Positions 1 to 12,118 of a stretch of DNA of 33,655 nt are shown here, piece by piece. Each line of letters opens with the position of its first letter. The stretch's first letter is position 1. Both the position numbers and the translations under genes were made by a program. Source of the stretch: Nemertoderma westbladi (lineage: Eukaryota; Animalia; Xenacoelomorpha); NCBI GenBank assembly GCA_032718475.1, contig JAUCBJ010001955.1, positions 1-33,655 on the forward strand, in the 5' to 3' direction. The notes under the pieces are model-generated. The model was not told where the DNA came from. It did no database searches and was given only the letters and a program-made list of their open reading frames with translations.

Positions 1-549
1 TTTATATTATTATTTATTATGGTTGCCGCCCTACTATTCCCACAATCCTGCAATCAGACAATGCTTTAATATTCCTTGTATGTTATTCGCAAACGTCTAT
101 CACTGTATCAGTCTATACCAGTACAGCACTGCAGCAGTAGTAGGCCTATGCAGTTCTGTACGTCAGTACGTTACGTAGCATATGTCAGTATGTACTGGCC
201 TGGCATGTACCTACTTCGCTAATTGTACCTACCGCTACCGCATTTTACTTACGCCTGCATCCTACCTAATCCTATACGACGTACCGGTACGTCCAGTACG
301 TCACAGTGCACAGCCTACGGTCTGACTGTATGTACGTAATCGAACCAAACTGCAATCCGTACTACCCAGCTACCACTGTACCAGACTACCGGTCAGCCGG
401 TAGGCCTATCACTTTCACCTGTTCATGGTTAGGCCTTCCTGGTTACTGGATTACCGGTAGTTACGGTATAGGCCTACATTATCTTAGTCTTCTCATCTAA
501 CATTACACTTTATCTAGAATAAATCTCATTCAATAACACGACGGTTGCG

Positions 550-1734
550 ATGGCGCGTCGTAAAAACCAACCGCCTCAACAAACTGAATCGAAACAATCG
601 CAGGAAGCAAACAAGGACCACGCAACGGCCCCGGTGGAAGCGGAAGCAACAGCGCAACCCACAAGTCTGCAGACCTCGGACGGAGTCAACCTACACTGCC
701 ATCCCGCTGTTCCGAGCGAACCCGCCACAAACGGACTCCCTCGATCAACCACGCAATCCTTCGCAAACTACGCAGAGTTCATCTCGCAACTCGCTATGCT
801 CGGTCTCTCTGTCCGAGACATGCCGGGCGACGGGAACTGTCTGTTCCGGGCTTTGGGCGACCAGCTGGACGGGCATAGCAGAAACCATTTGCGACATCGT
901 AAGGACATCACCGACTTTATGGTTAAAAACCGAGCGGATTTTGAGCCATTTGTTGAGGACGACGTCTCCTTCGAACAGCACATGTACCACCTTCGGAAGG
1001 CGGGAACCCACGCGGGCAACGACGCCATTGTCGCGTTCGCGCGGAACCACCAGGCCGTCGTGGTCATTCACCAACACTCCGCGCCGGTCCTCGTGATCCG
1101 AGGCTCGGAGAAGCGCACCGCTCGACAGATCCACATCTCCTACCACAACGGGGACCACTACGCGTCGGTGCGACGGCTGGGAGACCTGTCTGAGAACCCG
1201 ACAAACATCCGACTCACCAGTAAAATCGAGACCACTCCTCCTGCGACACCGTCCGAGGTTCCTGAACCGGTAAGCGAACCCGGGGGATCCAGCGATCAGG
1301 CTGAGGCCTCAGATACAAACCGTTTAGAACTCTACGTAATGGGGGCCGCCGGTTGTCATGACCTCCCACTGGTGCGACAAACACTCGAGGACTTTAGTTA
1401 CGATGTTGACGCCTCTGTCGACTATATCGTACAGATACTAGCGGCCAGCGAGACCGCCTCGGACTCCCCTAACAGCGACGTGCCCGAGGACAGAGCCGCG
1501 AGACCCCCGCGTAGTCAGAGCAACAGGAAACAGACTCGTTTAGAGAGACGGTTGATCCGGGAAGGTCGGCAGACTGGGAGACCCGTAGGTAAGGGGCCCC
1601 GAGTGGTTGGTAGTCGGGAACAGACTGATACGTGTGGAGGACAGAACGGTAAGGTTAGGGGTCACTCTGCTGATTCCTCACCCGATGAATCCGAGACTCT
1701 AATAGTTACAGACACCAAATTACTTAGAATTTAA
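550..1734 (+). CDS. OTUD3: OTU domain-containing deubiquitinase 3 homologue (OTU domain plus C-terminal UBA-like region), single exon
   Basis: 394-aa ORF with the OTU Cys box (MPGDGNCLFRALGDQLDGHSRNHL), DFEPFVEDD, AGNDAIVAFARNHQ and His box (HISYHNGDHYASVRR), all closely matching vertebrate OTUD3 as recalled. It continues into a UBA-like segment (VMGAAGCHDLPLVRQTLEDFSYDVDASVDYIVQ) and a basic tail. GC-rich relative to its flanks. Confidence 0.93.
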   Translation: MARRKNQPPQQTESKQSQEANKDHATAPVEAEATAQPTSLQTSDGVNLHCHPAVPSEPATNGLPRSTTQSFANYAEFISQLAMLGLSVRDMPGDGNCLFRALGDQLDGHSRNHLRHRKDITDFMVKNRADFEPFVEDDVSFEQHMYHLRKAGTHAGNDAIVAFARNHQAVVVIHQHSAPVLVIRGSEKRTARQIHISYHNGDHYASVRRLGDLSENPTNIRLTSKIETTPPATPSEVPEPVSEPGGSSDQAEASDTNRLELYVMGAAGCHDLPLVRQTLEDFSYDVDASVDYIVQILAASETASDSPNSDVPEDRAARPPRSQSNRKQTRLERRLIREGRQTGRPVGKGPRVVGSREQTDTCGGQNGKVRGHSADSSPDESETLIVTDTKLLRI

Positions 1735-2379
1735 GACTAATTTTTTTATGAAGAAGTGAGCAGTAGATACTGGGATGTTTACAAGGTGGTACATATGTTA
1801 TTTGGAAGTTCACAGCTCCATTGTAATAGACTCTTTGGCTACTTACATGGAACTTTTATCAGTTATAAAACTTATTATTATTATATTTAATACTTTGTTT
1901 TTTGGACGACGCGAATTGACGGGACATGTTAATACTATCTTTTACTTTAAACAAATATTAATTTGTAATGAACTCATTGAATTATCATTATTTAGCTCTA
2001 CAAACTCTCTCTGATGACCTTTTGTAAATATTATGCATGCAATATCCACGTTCATTCTGCATTGTTTTGGTGCCCATATAATACAGACTATATTTGCGCT
2101 TATCGTGTGCGAATAATTTATTGTTTTATAATTTAGTGTTTTATCTTCTTAGTTTATCAATAGAATCGAGGTTTGGGGGGGGGGGGGGGGGTGACACTTC
2201 TTGATACTGGAGAAAATCCGATCTTATCATACGGCTGACCCAAGGTACGCACGCCGGATAAGGGACCTGTCGTGTATCAGCAAGCTTCACTGCCTGCCAG
2301 TCGTTTACTGAACTGGTGAGCGGCTGGGGCTATACCGCCGAAAGCAGATAATATATGGGGGGGGGGGGGGGGGGGTGTG

Positions 2380-2740
2380 AAAGTGGACAGTTACACCTCA
2401 CGTAGTCTCTCCTTATATTTTCTGCCCTTTCTCCTCGCAGCGTCGATTGCCATCGCTGCATTGTGTTAATCACCAACACGTGTTCATCGACGCTTCGATA
2501 AACATTTTCTCGAAGCGATTGCCCCATAATCCACTCACCGACTCCGAGTCGTGTCTCCTGATCCGTTGAGGTGTAGAGGGAGAATGATTCTCCCGTTAGC
2601 GGTTGTAGCATCGGCTCGAAACTGCGACGTAATGGGCCACGTCAGGGTTCCGCTACGACATTTCAAACTTCTGCCCAATTATAATATATTCTGGACGACT
2701 CCATGCAGTCATGCACCGTACATTACAATCTCCTATGACA
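2380..2740 (-). mobile_element. Degraded fragment of a non-LTR retrotransposon C-terminus (CRE/RLE-type)
   Basis: Minus-strand translation EPMLQPLTGESFSLYTSTDQETRLGV..W resembles the recalled EPxLQPLTGE...ARLD..GFW motif of CRE-like restriction-like-endonuclease LINEs. It is frameshifted, with no intact ORF. Confidence 0.4.
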
Positions 2741-2785
2741 TTAACTCTTCGCCTTGGGTACCCGAGTACTTGGTCTGAGTAGCAC

Positions 2786-3010
2786 TGGTTACAAATCTTA
2801 GTTTCTGGTTTCGTATCTGAGTTATCCGTTACGAATCTGAGCGAGAGGTTACTAATTGCAGTTCCCAGTTAGTTACGAATCAGAGAAGCTGGTTACGAAA
2901 TGTGTTCCCGGTCACAAATCAGGGTGTTCGGTTACAAATATATATGAGCACCCGGTTACGGAATGGTGCCTCGGGGTACAATTTTAATTTTTATTACTGG
3001 TTACAAATCC
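2786..3010. repeat. Degenerate ~20-bp periodic repeat built on GGTTAC(A/G)AAT
   Basis: About ten spaced occurrences of ggttacaaat, gttacgaat, ggttacgaaat, ggtcacaaat or ggttacggaat with variable spacers. This is typical of transposon subterminal repeats. Confidence 0.65.
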
Positions 3011-3389
3011 AAGCAGCCGTTTCCATTCGTTTCGTTAAATCTTTCGTTTCGTTAAATTAATAAGTAATTATGATATAAATTTAATAATATATAAAAATAA
3101 TTGAAAAATTATAAATATTAATGATATTCTCCATTTGTTGTAATGGAAACAGAGTAAATTATTTCCTTCAGCTTCAATGAAGCAACCAACCTTTTTGTCT
3201 ACCAGTTCCCGGCACAATTACAACTGTACAATGCAACAGCCTAGGTGTATTACAGTAGAATTGTAATAAGGCACCAAGGCAATACTGATAGTAAATCGCT
3301 AGGAAAATACGTACACGTTCGTGGGGTCTCCGCGCAGTGTAGCTCGCAGAGCAGCGCCACGAGGTACATAGTGTCGTATGTTGTATATT

Positions 3390-3895
3390 CCGCTGCATTC
3401 ATTTATTATATATAATAAATACACAATATTCTGGAGCATTTTGTTTATCTCATAAGTAGCTTGGCAACAATGCCTATAATAATAATACTAGTAAACGGAT
3501 ATCCATACATAAACAAAATATTCGAGAACATGGGGAATTTATTTTATTAAATAGAATAAATGGCCTTGGCCTTATATTTGGGGTTCGGGGACGGTGCAGG
3601 TCTGCGCGGTCACGGCATCCCCGCGCAGTATTGAAACTTTACCACCTTGCCATACCTTGCTAGCTTTACGAGTATTTTCTATTATAAATTTATTGTAAAT
3701 ATTAAACTAGTTTGTATAAGCTAGGAGTGTGTAATATTTACTATTATTGTTATTAGAATAAATGGCCTGCAGTGGTAGCAAATATACATGCAACATTCGA
3801 ATGCCCATAACTCAGCTATTTCCCAACCAAATTCAAATATTTTTACATATTTGGAATCCTTGCACGGCCGGCTTACCATTAGTACCAATAAATCT
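3390..3895. mobile_element. Partial copy of the foldback/MITE family also found at 22570-23382 and 29606-32130
   Basis: Shares tatttcccaaccaaattcaaatatttttacatatttggaatccttgca (~3817-3864) with ~23114-23160, and the central ttggcaaca...catacataaacaaaat segment with the other copies. Confidence 0.7.
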
Positions 3896-5056
3896 ATATA
3901 AGCTTGGAGAATAACTGCAGTACGACTCAGTGGCCAATCAAGGTAGTGTGTGTGTGTGGGGGGGGGGGGGGGGGGGTAGCTCCCCCTCACCCTTCATGAA
4001 AAAATACATTAAAAAAATAATAAAAATGAAAAATATTTTATTACAAACGGAATAAACCACTTACAAACCATTTAATTTTAAATCAAATCACCTAATGTAC
4101 CGTTGTCTCACTTCGGTCCCTCTTTTCAATATTTCACTCGCTCGCTCCGCTCGTTCGTTCGTGTATTTGGCGTGGCTTATAAGTGGCTTACGTTATGGGC
4201 GTATTACACAGTAGTATTTAGTATTGTAAATGTGTTGTTAATAATTGGACGGATCCATCATGGATATCCTTATTTCTCACGCGTGTTTGTTTTGTTGGTA
4301 TGTGGGGCGAGCCACGGAAGTAAGCGAGCTTGGCATACGGGTACCACTAACTCAATCGGTGTGTCTGCCGTTCTGTTGCGTGCAATTGTAAACGTTAATA
4401 TAACTCCGCCAAATGTTAATGAAATCTATCCAAACTTGTTACACATGTAGTAAGGCAAAAGTTAAGAAATTTTCCAAATTTAATTTCCGTGTGGCCTTTG
4501 AGAAGCTAAGATAATAGCAGTTAATTAGTTAATTAATTTTTTTTTAATTAATTAAAATTTTCAACCTGCCTGCCGCTTAAAAGATATTAATTATTTTCTA
4601 GTATAAGTTTTAAATAATTATAATTAACAATTATATAACTGTATTCCCCATACCCCATTAAATTATAGTTTTTATTTAGTTCAAGAGATTTGCTTTAAGA
4701 AATGTGTTTTTAATTGATCTAAACGTAATTAACTTATTCAAATGCCTCGTCTCCCTCCTTCTTTGGCATACTTGCAATAACAAGCATGCCTAGCATACCT
4801 AGCCTAGCTTGGAAGGGGAACCAATCCAACCACACCTCACATCTACTCGAAGGCAGCATTGTAATGAGCCAGACTAATAAGCCAGCTTGGTTATTGTGTT
4901 TAGCGTACAAAGTGATTGGCAGAGTACTTAATCATGATTCTTTAGAATATATTAGCTAAATAATCTCGTTGAGGTGTTTACATGATAAATTAATATCTCA
5001 GTATTAATACTATCGGCATAAGGTACGTTTTATATTTCTTACAAATTGGGTCGCCT

Positions 5057-5610
5057 CAGAGGCGTACCGAGGGGGGGGGGGGGGGGGGGGATTGTCACAG
5101 GGCGCCGATTTATGAAGGGCGCCAAATTAGAAAATTCGGTTTATGAGGAGTGGCAATATCATAAATAATATATAAAAAATAATGAAAAAATATATAGGCC
5201 CCTAATAAATACATTAGAAAATAATTTAATAATAAAAATTTATTATTTTATTATTAACGGAATAAACCACTTACAAACCATTTTATTATTAAATCACCTA
5301 GGACTTGCAACAACAATGCTATTATTTACTATATTTAAAGATCGTTTAAAAGTTGTTTGGCTTTATTAAGTATACAGTTAGAGAACACGAAGTTTGATTT
5401 GATTGATTGGGACGATGTAATAAATATATTTGCAGATAAAAAAATAGGAATGTATTACTTGTAATCTTACAGTAGTATAAACAACATTTTTTTAAATGTA
5501 ATAATATTTTAAAATCGGTAATAAAATCGGAATTTTATGAATTTGTGGGGGCGGAGAGTGGGGTGTAGAATCAGCTTGTCACAGGGCGCAAGAATCTCTG
5601 TACGCCTCTG
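5057..5610. mobile_element. Non-autonomous hAT-type MITE (554 bp)
   Basis: Perfect 11-bp TIRs CAGAGGCGTAC (5057-5067) and GTACGCCTCTG (5600-5610), flanked by a perfect 8-bp TSD GGTCGCCT (5049-5056 and 5611-5618). The subterminal word ttgtcacagggcgc occurs near both ends. 8-bp TSDs with CAG termini are characteristic of hAT elements. Confidence 0.9.
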
Positions 5611-5881
5611 GGTCGCCTCCACGCCTAAAATATTTAATATATTTCTTCATGAGTTTAACATGTCACCAATAACATGAGTGTATTGATTTCTTTGTTGGTT
5701 AAGTACAGTAAATTAAATAATATGCGATCTTTAATTATTTTTGCTAGAAATTTGTGTTGTTTGTATATTTGTGAATCGCTTCCAGTGGCATTATGTGTTA
5801 TATTAAATATAAATATAACTTATAACTTTTAAAACACAAATTTTATGTTAATACCTCTGCCTTCCATCAATCCTGTCGCAA

Positions 5882-6942
5882 TCGCCGCAAGTCAATATTA
5901 ATCATTTATTTCTATATTTACAGGGAAGCCTAGTTATGACATTGTCCATTATTATAAGAAGAAATAAAATAATACGGTAAGGTTTGTTGTTCTATTATAA
6001 TTACTGTATTATTATAGATACAGTACAATACGAGTATTTGAGTAACGTATTAAAAATGCCTCGAGAATAGTGTCTTACGTAGAATTCTTATTTTTTCCAA
6101 TGTAATAAATAATTATTTGTTGGAATTTCTTAAATTTGTCCTGGCGATTTGGTAGTGCGATATTAATTCCTCACAAATAAATAAAATACAGTAGGTAATA
6201 TAAGAAATTAAAAAAAATAAAATTTTATTTGCAATATTATTGATTATTATTAATGTCATGGAAATTAATTTGAAATGTAATTCGACCACAATTTAGCTCT
6301 TAACAAAAAAAGTGACTGACAACAAATAAAGTATATCAATCCACTAAGAACATTACATTTGTAATTAAGATTTAACATAAACATACAGTATTACTGTATT
6401 AACCTTATTACATTATGTTGCCTTACTTCCGTTTCCGTACTTAGTACATTGTACATGTACGTAAATAGTTATTGTTACATTATGTCAACTTAACAGCGTT
6501 CTGGTGAATTACTCGTAACGCTGCAAAGTACCGTAATCAATGACATGGAAACAACTTCAATGACCGTATTCTGATCTGACCTCTATGTCAGAATACTCAT
6601 TATGTCATTCATATTCCTCTATGAATCTCTATGATCGTATTTTACTATAATCTAATACGTTACTCAAATACTCTTACTGTATATATCTATATTAACATGT
6701 AATATAATTCAGTAATTATAATAGAACAACAAACCTTACCGTATTATTTTATTTCTTCTTATAATAATGTCCAATGCCATAACTAGACTTAGTATAGGCT
6801 TCCATGTAAATATAGAAATAAATGATTAATACTGACTTGCGGCGAGGTGTCCGATAATTTGCGGCGAAATGGCATTTACAGTGAGATACCTCGCCGCACA
6901 TTATCTGCGGCGAGATGACTTGCGGCGAGGTGACCAGCACCC
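5882..6942. mobile_element. Foldback/MITE with long inverted arms; left end truncated
   Basis: 5882-6052 is the imperfect reverse complement of 6653-6845 (for example aatacggtaaggtttgttgttctattataattactg versus cagtaattataatagaacaacaaaccttaccgtatt). The right side continues with several GCGGCGA/TCGCCGC motifs and ends in cagcaccc at ~6942. Confidence 0.8.
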
Positions 6943-7442
6943 TGTGCGCCTTTGGGTTGGGGTTGTGCAGATTGAGAGGGAGGTTAAGAGCGGGGGGGGG
7001 GGGGGGGGCTTTTCCCTCTCTTTGATTTACTGGTGTTTGGTTAAATTTCTTAGATACCGAATCGCTAAATTTTAATCTTTATCTCATAACTGAGCCTCGT
7101 GCTGCGCGAAGGCCCCACGAACGCGTTTGTTTGTACACACAACTTCTTGCACTTAATGTTGATGGAATTGGATGAAACTTTGATGATAGGTTCATTATCG
7201 GACCTAGTTTGTATGGAAGGTTTTGGTTACTATGGAGCTGTTGGTTGCCTAGAATGTCCGATCATAATCGTAGAATTTACTCAATCAAAATTATGTTGAC
7301 ACACCATAGGGAGCATTTATTGGACATGCTTTCTGCAAAATTTTGCTTTAGTTTGTTCAGAATTGTAGGAGAAGATTCATTTCTTACAAACAGTGTGTTT
7401 TTAACATACAATATATGTACTGTATACTACTGTTGTGTTGTG

Positions 7443-7622
7443 TACTTCGCCCAATGTTTCTCTTGTCGTTATTAGGCTGCCCTGCATAAAGCGCGTAATT
7501 TATTACAACAATAATAATTGTATTATTGTAAAGAAGGTACTTTGCCCAATGTTTCGATGCCCAATGTTTGCGTTTTTCGTTATTAGCCCTGCATAGGCGC
7601 GTATATTATTACAACAACATTG
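7443..7622. repeat. Short diverged direct duplication (~95-bp period, 2 copies)
   Basis: tactt.gcccaatgtttc...tcgttattag...ccctgcata..gcgcgta..ttattacaacaa occurs at ~7443 and ~7538. Confidence 0.65.
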
Positions 7623-9799
7623 ATAGCAATGGATCCGCCCATTATTGCCAGCTCTCGGATGGCAAGATTGTATTCCTTATAATTATGTGTATATCTTTGC
7701 GGCTAATATATTTTACTACTTTAATTATTTTATTTAATAATTAAAATATTTTTAATTAAATAATTGACTATTTCAGTTTCTAAATAAAATATCCATATAC
7801 AGTATATATTAAAAAGTGTAAACCAAAAGTGTCCAAAAGTTTGTCATTCATTTATTTTACTAATTATTTACAATAAATTTAAAATACCTTAATTTTAGTT
7901 ACATTTTGGTTTTATAGTTTCGGTTTGTAATTTTTTACTTTGCCTCACATACTTAAATTTGTAAAAGTGCAGGGCCGCTGCTTGTACAATAATTAATATA
8001 ATTTATTCGAAAAGAAACATCAGCCAGTTAAGGCTATTAGTTTACATTAGTTTATACTGTACCGCACCGTAAAAATTACAATCAACAATTATTTATTCAT
8101 CACAGTATTCATTAATCTCAACGGGATAGCCCCAGGAAGTTCTAAAAATTTTATAAATAATAAAGATACTGTACAGTATATATTAAACTTAAAATGAAGA
8201 ATAATAGGAATAAACACAGACATCATAAACAAAATTAGTTTTGGATTATTACAGGAGGGTAAACTTGTGGGATGGAAAGAAGGTACAGAAGCTTAAGCTA
8301 GTAACCCGGAAAAACGAAGCAGTTGATTTACGGACACCAATGAAGTTTTTAAACAATTTCAAATGCATCCATTTGGCTATCCTGAGCAACGGCAAAATCC
8401 CATATTTAGCAACAATACATCAAAATTGGCTTTACATCGAATTGAATAGTTTCAGGGCCAGATCAAAGCTGATGTTTGGAAATTTCGAGAAGTACCTTAA
8501 TAAGGAGAAGTATGTTTTCTCGGCCTTATTAGCCAGTCGCTTTGTGCAACTGTAAAACTTCCCGAACAGGAGAATTCAACACCTAAATAACAATACCTGC
8601 TATCCTGTTCAGTTTCCATCTGCAACTATCAGGTATAGAGGGCCGGCTTTTCTGAAACACACAACTTTACTCTTGACAATGTTAACAGTTAGATTCCAAA
8701 ATTTACAATAACAAGATACTGTACTGTAGAAAATTGAAACTTATTTGGAGATCGGTTACATTATTAGCCAATGTGTAGGGATACAATAATAAGTTACAAC
8801 AAGAGAAGGGATGGGGGAAGGCGACGAACTCACTGGCTGGGGTTATATTGATGCCTTATATTACAACGATCTGTGAGCAAAAGGGTGGTATGTCGGGTGT
8901 AAATAAGTACAACAATAACCCAATTTGATTTTGAATATTGAAAAAATTATGATGACGATACATAATCAGATTAAAACTAGGCCTACGTAGCATATTTTAT
9001 AAATGATTTAAAATAAAGTACATAGTTTACCAACTTAAAAAATGGTTCTATACCTACGCGTAGGCCTACGCATAGTTCGAAAAGATTTACCTCTTACAGT
9101 ACTGCAGTACCGGTATTATTGTATTACAGTATTAAAAGCACTGTCAGACTGTTTGCTGTTAATTCAGTAATCCCTACCCTGCTACCGGTATTTTAAAAAT
9201 TAAACCACAGACGGTTGAACCTGTCAGCCTGCAGCCTGTGTATGGCTGTATGGTACCGGTCAGCCTGTCAGCCGGTAGGCCCTATACGATCGCGATGCGG
9301 GCATGGGTAAGGCAGTACTGCAGTAAGGCTGTAAGCAGGTAAGGCAGTCTAGTCAGCTAGTCTGGTAGTTCTGCAGTTTGCAGTTAGGGGGTAAGGCAGT
9401 AGGCCTAAGGTAAGCCTACCTCATGTCTACTGACCTACATACTGACATATATTTATTTTGTGTGAGTTAGGCTTAGGCCTACTTTGTGTCTTGCTGTCTT
9501 GTGTGCACGTTTTATTTTCAGTGTTGCCTGTTGCGCGGTACAGCGGCTGAGCGGTAGGCAGTAGTGTTCCTATAGGCCTATGGAATATTGACAAAAAGCG
9601 CGCCACACGGGTTCTGGTTAAACGAAAACCGCGCCAGCCTGCCAGCCATGACTGCATGACATTCAATGCGCGCCAACCATTGACGATTGACAGGTCTGCA
9701 GGTTGACCATGAAATTTTGCAATTATTGTAATCATTTACCAGTCTGCCAGTTTATACTGCAGTACCTAGACCTACTCCGACACAGTATTTTAACATGGA

Positions 9800-10200
9800 A
9801 ATGCGAGCAGGCGAGCATAGCGAGCAAGAAAATTTTGCAGAAATGTTAAGATTAATACAGTACAGCAGTAATACTGTAATATTCAGATAGTAGGTCAGCC
9901 GAAAGTTTTCAAATACAGATGTGATTAAAATGAAATTGCGAGCGTAGCGAGCATGAAAATTTTAACATTTTTGGTAGGTCAAGCGACTGTTTTTTACCTA
10001 CAGACGGACAGATGTGATTATGAATTAAATCGGAGTGTAGCGAGCACGGAAAATCTGCTGAATCGTGGTTTTAGGCTATATTGGTGTGAACAATTGAAAA
10101 ACCTTTCAATCAACTCATTATTAAACTTTGATAATTAATTTGGTGCACACCATTTGCTGACTTTGTGATTTTTTTTCAAAATTGCCCTTTTATAGGGAAA
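9800..10200. mobile_element. Internal fragment of a non-autonomous DNA element with repeated GCGAGC motifs
   Basis: Repeated gcgagc(g/a)tagcgagca words followed by aaaattt at ~9813 and ~9938, a variant at ~10035, and a repeated cagatgtgatta. A reverse-complement-like ctcgctcgctccgctcg occurs at ~4137. No termini were found. Confidence 0.45.
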
Positions 10201-10744
10201 GGAGCAGGTTAGGTTACAGAGGCGGGCTTTTCTAACCAAAACAATAAACGATCACTTTACCAATTGAGGGAAACCATTTGGTCACTGGTCAGACACAGAC
10301 TGACAGACAGTAGGCCTAGTCCTGTAGCCACATGGGCAGACAGTCAATAGTCGCTCTACTGCTTTATAACCAAAACAATCAAATAAATCATTATACCATA
10401 CCGGTACTATGACATATGGCCAGATGGCAGGACACAGGATGGCTAGTTATAGTTATTATATCTTTACAATTTATTATTGCTGTATTGGTGTTATCTGGCA
10501 GTCTGGGTATGAGTGAATGATTGAATGGAATGAGTGGTTTCATTTTCTAAAATACAAATATCAGAATATTGTGCTAACAACCAACAGCAACCAATATTCA
10601 GATAGTGGTATAATGATCTGATACCCGGTAGCACAGCAACTGTCTGACTGTCAGAGTCAGACTGTATGGTTCAGTGGTCTTGGTTTGGTTTCGGGTTGCA
10701 GCTTGGCTTGGCATATGTCAGTATGTCCCTCCAGCATGATGAAC

Positions 10745-11860
10745 CTCCAGCTCGAGTCCCTCCAACGTAAATGCGTTCGTTGCTGCCTCGGTTTTGGTCC
10801 ACGGACTCATATCGGTGCAGCTGAATTTGCTACATTGAACTGGCTTCCACTAAAAGAACGAGGTGAGTCCGTTGTACTATCGCTATCGCACATGTACAAA
10901 ATTTGCAATGGCGATGGGCCGTCATACTTGCGTGACCTCATCAACTTCTCGGGGGAGAGCGGGACAACGAATGTACGTCGCGCCCACCGGCAGGCTGTAA
11001 TTCCGAACAAGAACACGCAACTCGGACAACTCGCATTCTCATATGGGCCCAACACTATGGAACGAGATCCCAGCCGCGATTACAAGATCTGTTAATTTTT
11101 AAACATTCAAACATAAATTAAAAGATCATTATTTAGACAAAATACTTGCCGAGGAAGTTTCTTTATAGGCCTACACCTAATTGAGTCCATTAGATATACT
11201 ATTTTAATCGGCAGTAACTATCATTTAGTACTAATTGTTTTTATTTAATAACTAAATTTTATTAATTTATCAACCCTAATTATAATTATGTAACCCTAAC
11301 CTAGTAACCTAGTCCGACTGAAGTAATTAATTATCGAGCGACTTTCTTAATTTTATTTATTTTTTTAAATTACCAATTCAAACTTCCAAACTACCGTTAA
11401 TCACAATGAATATCTTTAATTTGTGTCCAAACATTTACATTTAACTTTTAACCTCTGAGACATATCATTAACTTTTTAGAACCATGTGTCCGATCATTAT
11501 CACGAACCATTTTGTTGTACTAATTTTAACTTAATCAATTTTTATCAATTAAACAATATTTAACCAACGCTATTTTAAATGCATTTTTACCAATGACTAC
11601 CTTATTACTTTTAGTGAGAGGATCCACGTGAAAATGAGACTCAGTCTCTTGTGGCTATCCTCGGCTGCCAAATAGTACATAGATTGCACTATCTTTATAG
11701 TTTAATGTGTAATTCTTGTTGTGTAAATGTGTAAATATCGTACAATTTTATATTTTGTGACTGGCATTTTAAACTGTTGTACATTTTTAGTGTTGTTCTT
11801 GTTGTATGTAACATATATTTGTATTTTATCTATCATTTCTGCATTTGGCGCCAATAAACA
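10745..11860 (+). mobile_element. 5'-truncated L2/Crack/CR1-group LINE: ORF2 C-terminus and 3' UTR
   Basis: Translation LQRKCVR...LNWLPLKER...MYKICNG..PSYL...GQLAFSY, then after a frameshift PTLWNEIP...FKHKLK, matches the post-RT domain of CR1/L2-group LINEs. The 3' UTR has a stem-loop gaggatccac...gtggctatcctc (~11618-11662) and aataaac at ~11853. Confidence 0.75.
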
Positions 11861-12118
11861 CGTTCATGTCAGTATGTATGTAGACAGTACCGGTAGGCTA
11901 TTCAGCTCTTCCAGTCGTGCCGTGATATACTGATATTCCCTACCTAAACCATAAAAAAACATAGCATCAATCTGTCTACCAGGACCAGCAGGGCCAACAG
12001 TCTGTACCGTATAGTCTAATGCTGTAATTAGCAGCGGTGATAGATTACTTCTAGCTAAATTCGAAATTGCCTGAATAACCTAAATACGGTACTGAAGAAG
12101 GCCTAACCAAATCCCACA

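Noticed and set aside
4739-4751. 13-nt match to a recalled 28S rRNA segment (caaatgcctcgtc); also a possible 28S-antisense catttggctatc+ctga at ~8370
   Set aside because: Short isolated matches lacking properly placed C and D boxes; compatible with chance.
8020-8103. Possible C/D-box snoRNA on the minus strand (GTGATGA ... CTGA, 84 nt)
   Set aside because: No terminal stem and no rRNA or snRNA complementarity that I could identify; such box pairs arise by chance. An Infernal or snoscan run would settle it.
8241-8555. 104-aa ORF
   Set aside because: Non-ATG start, AT-rich, no recognisable motif; at most an old repeat remnant.
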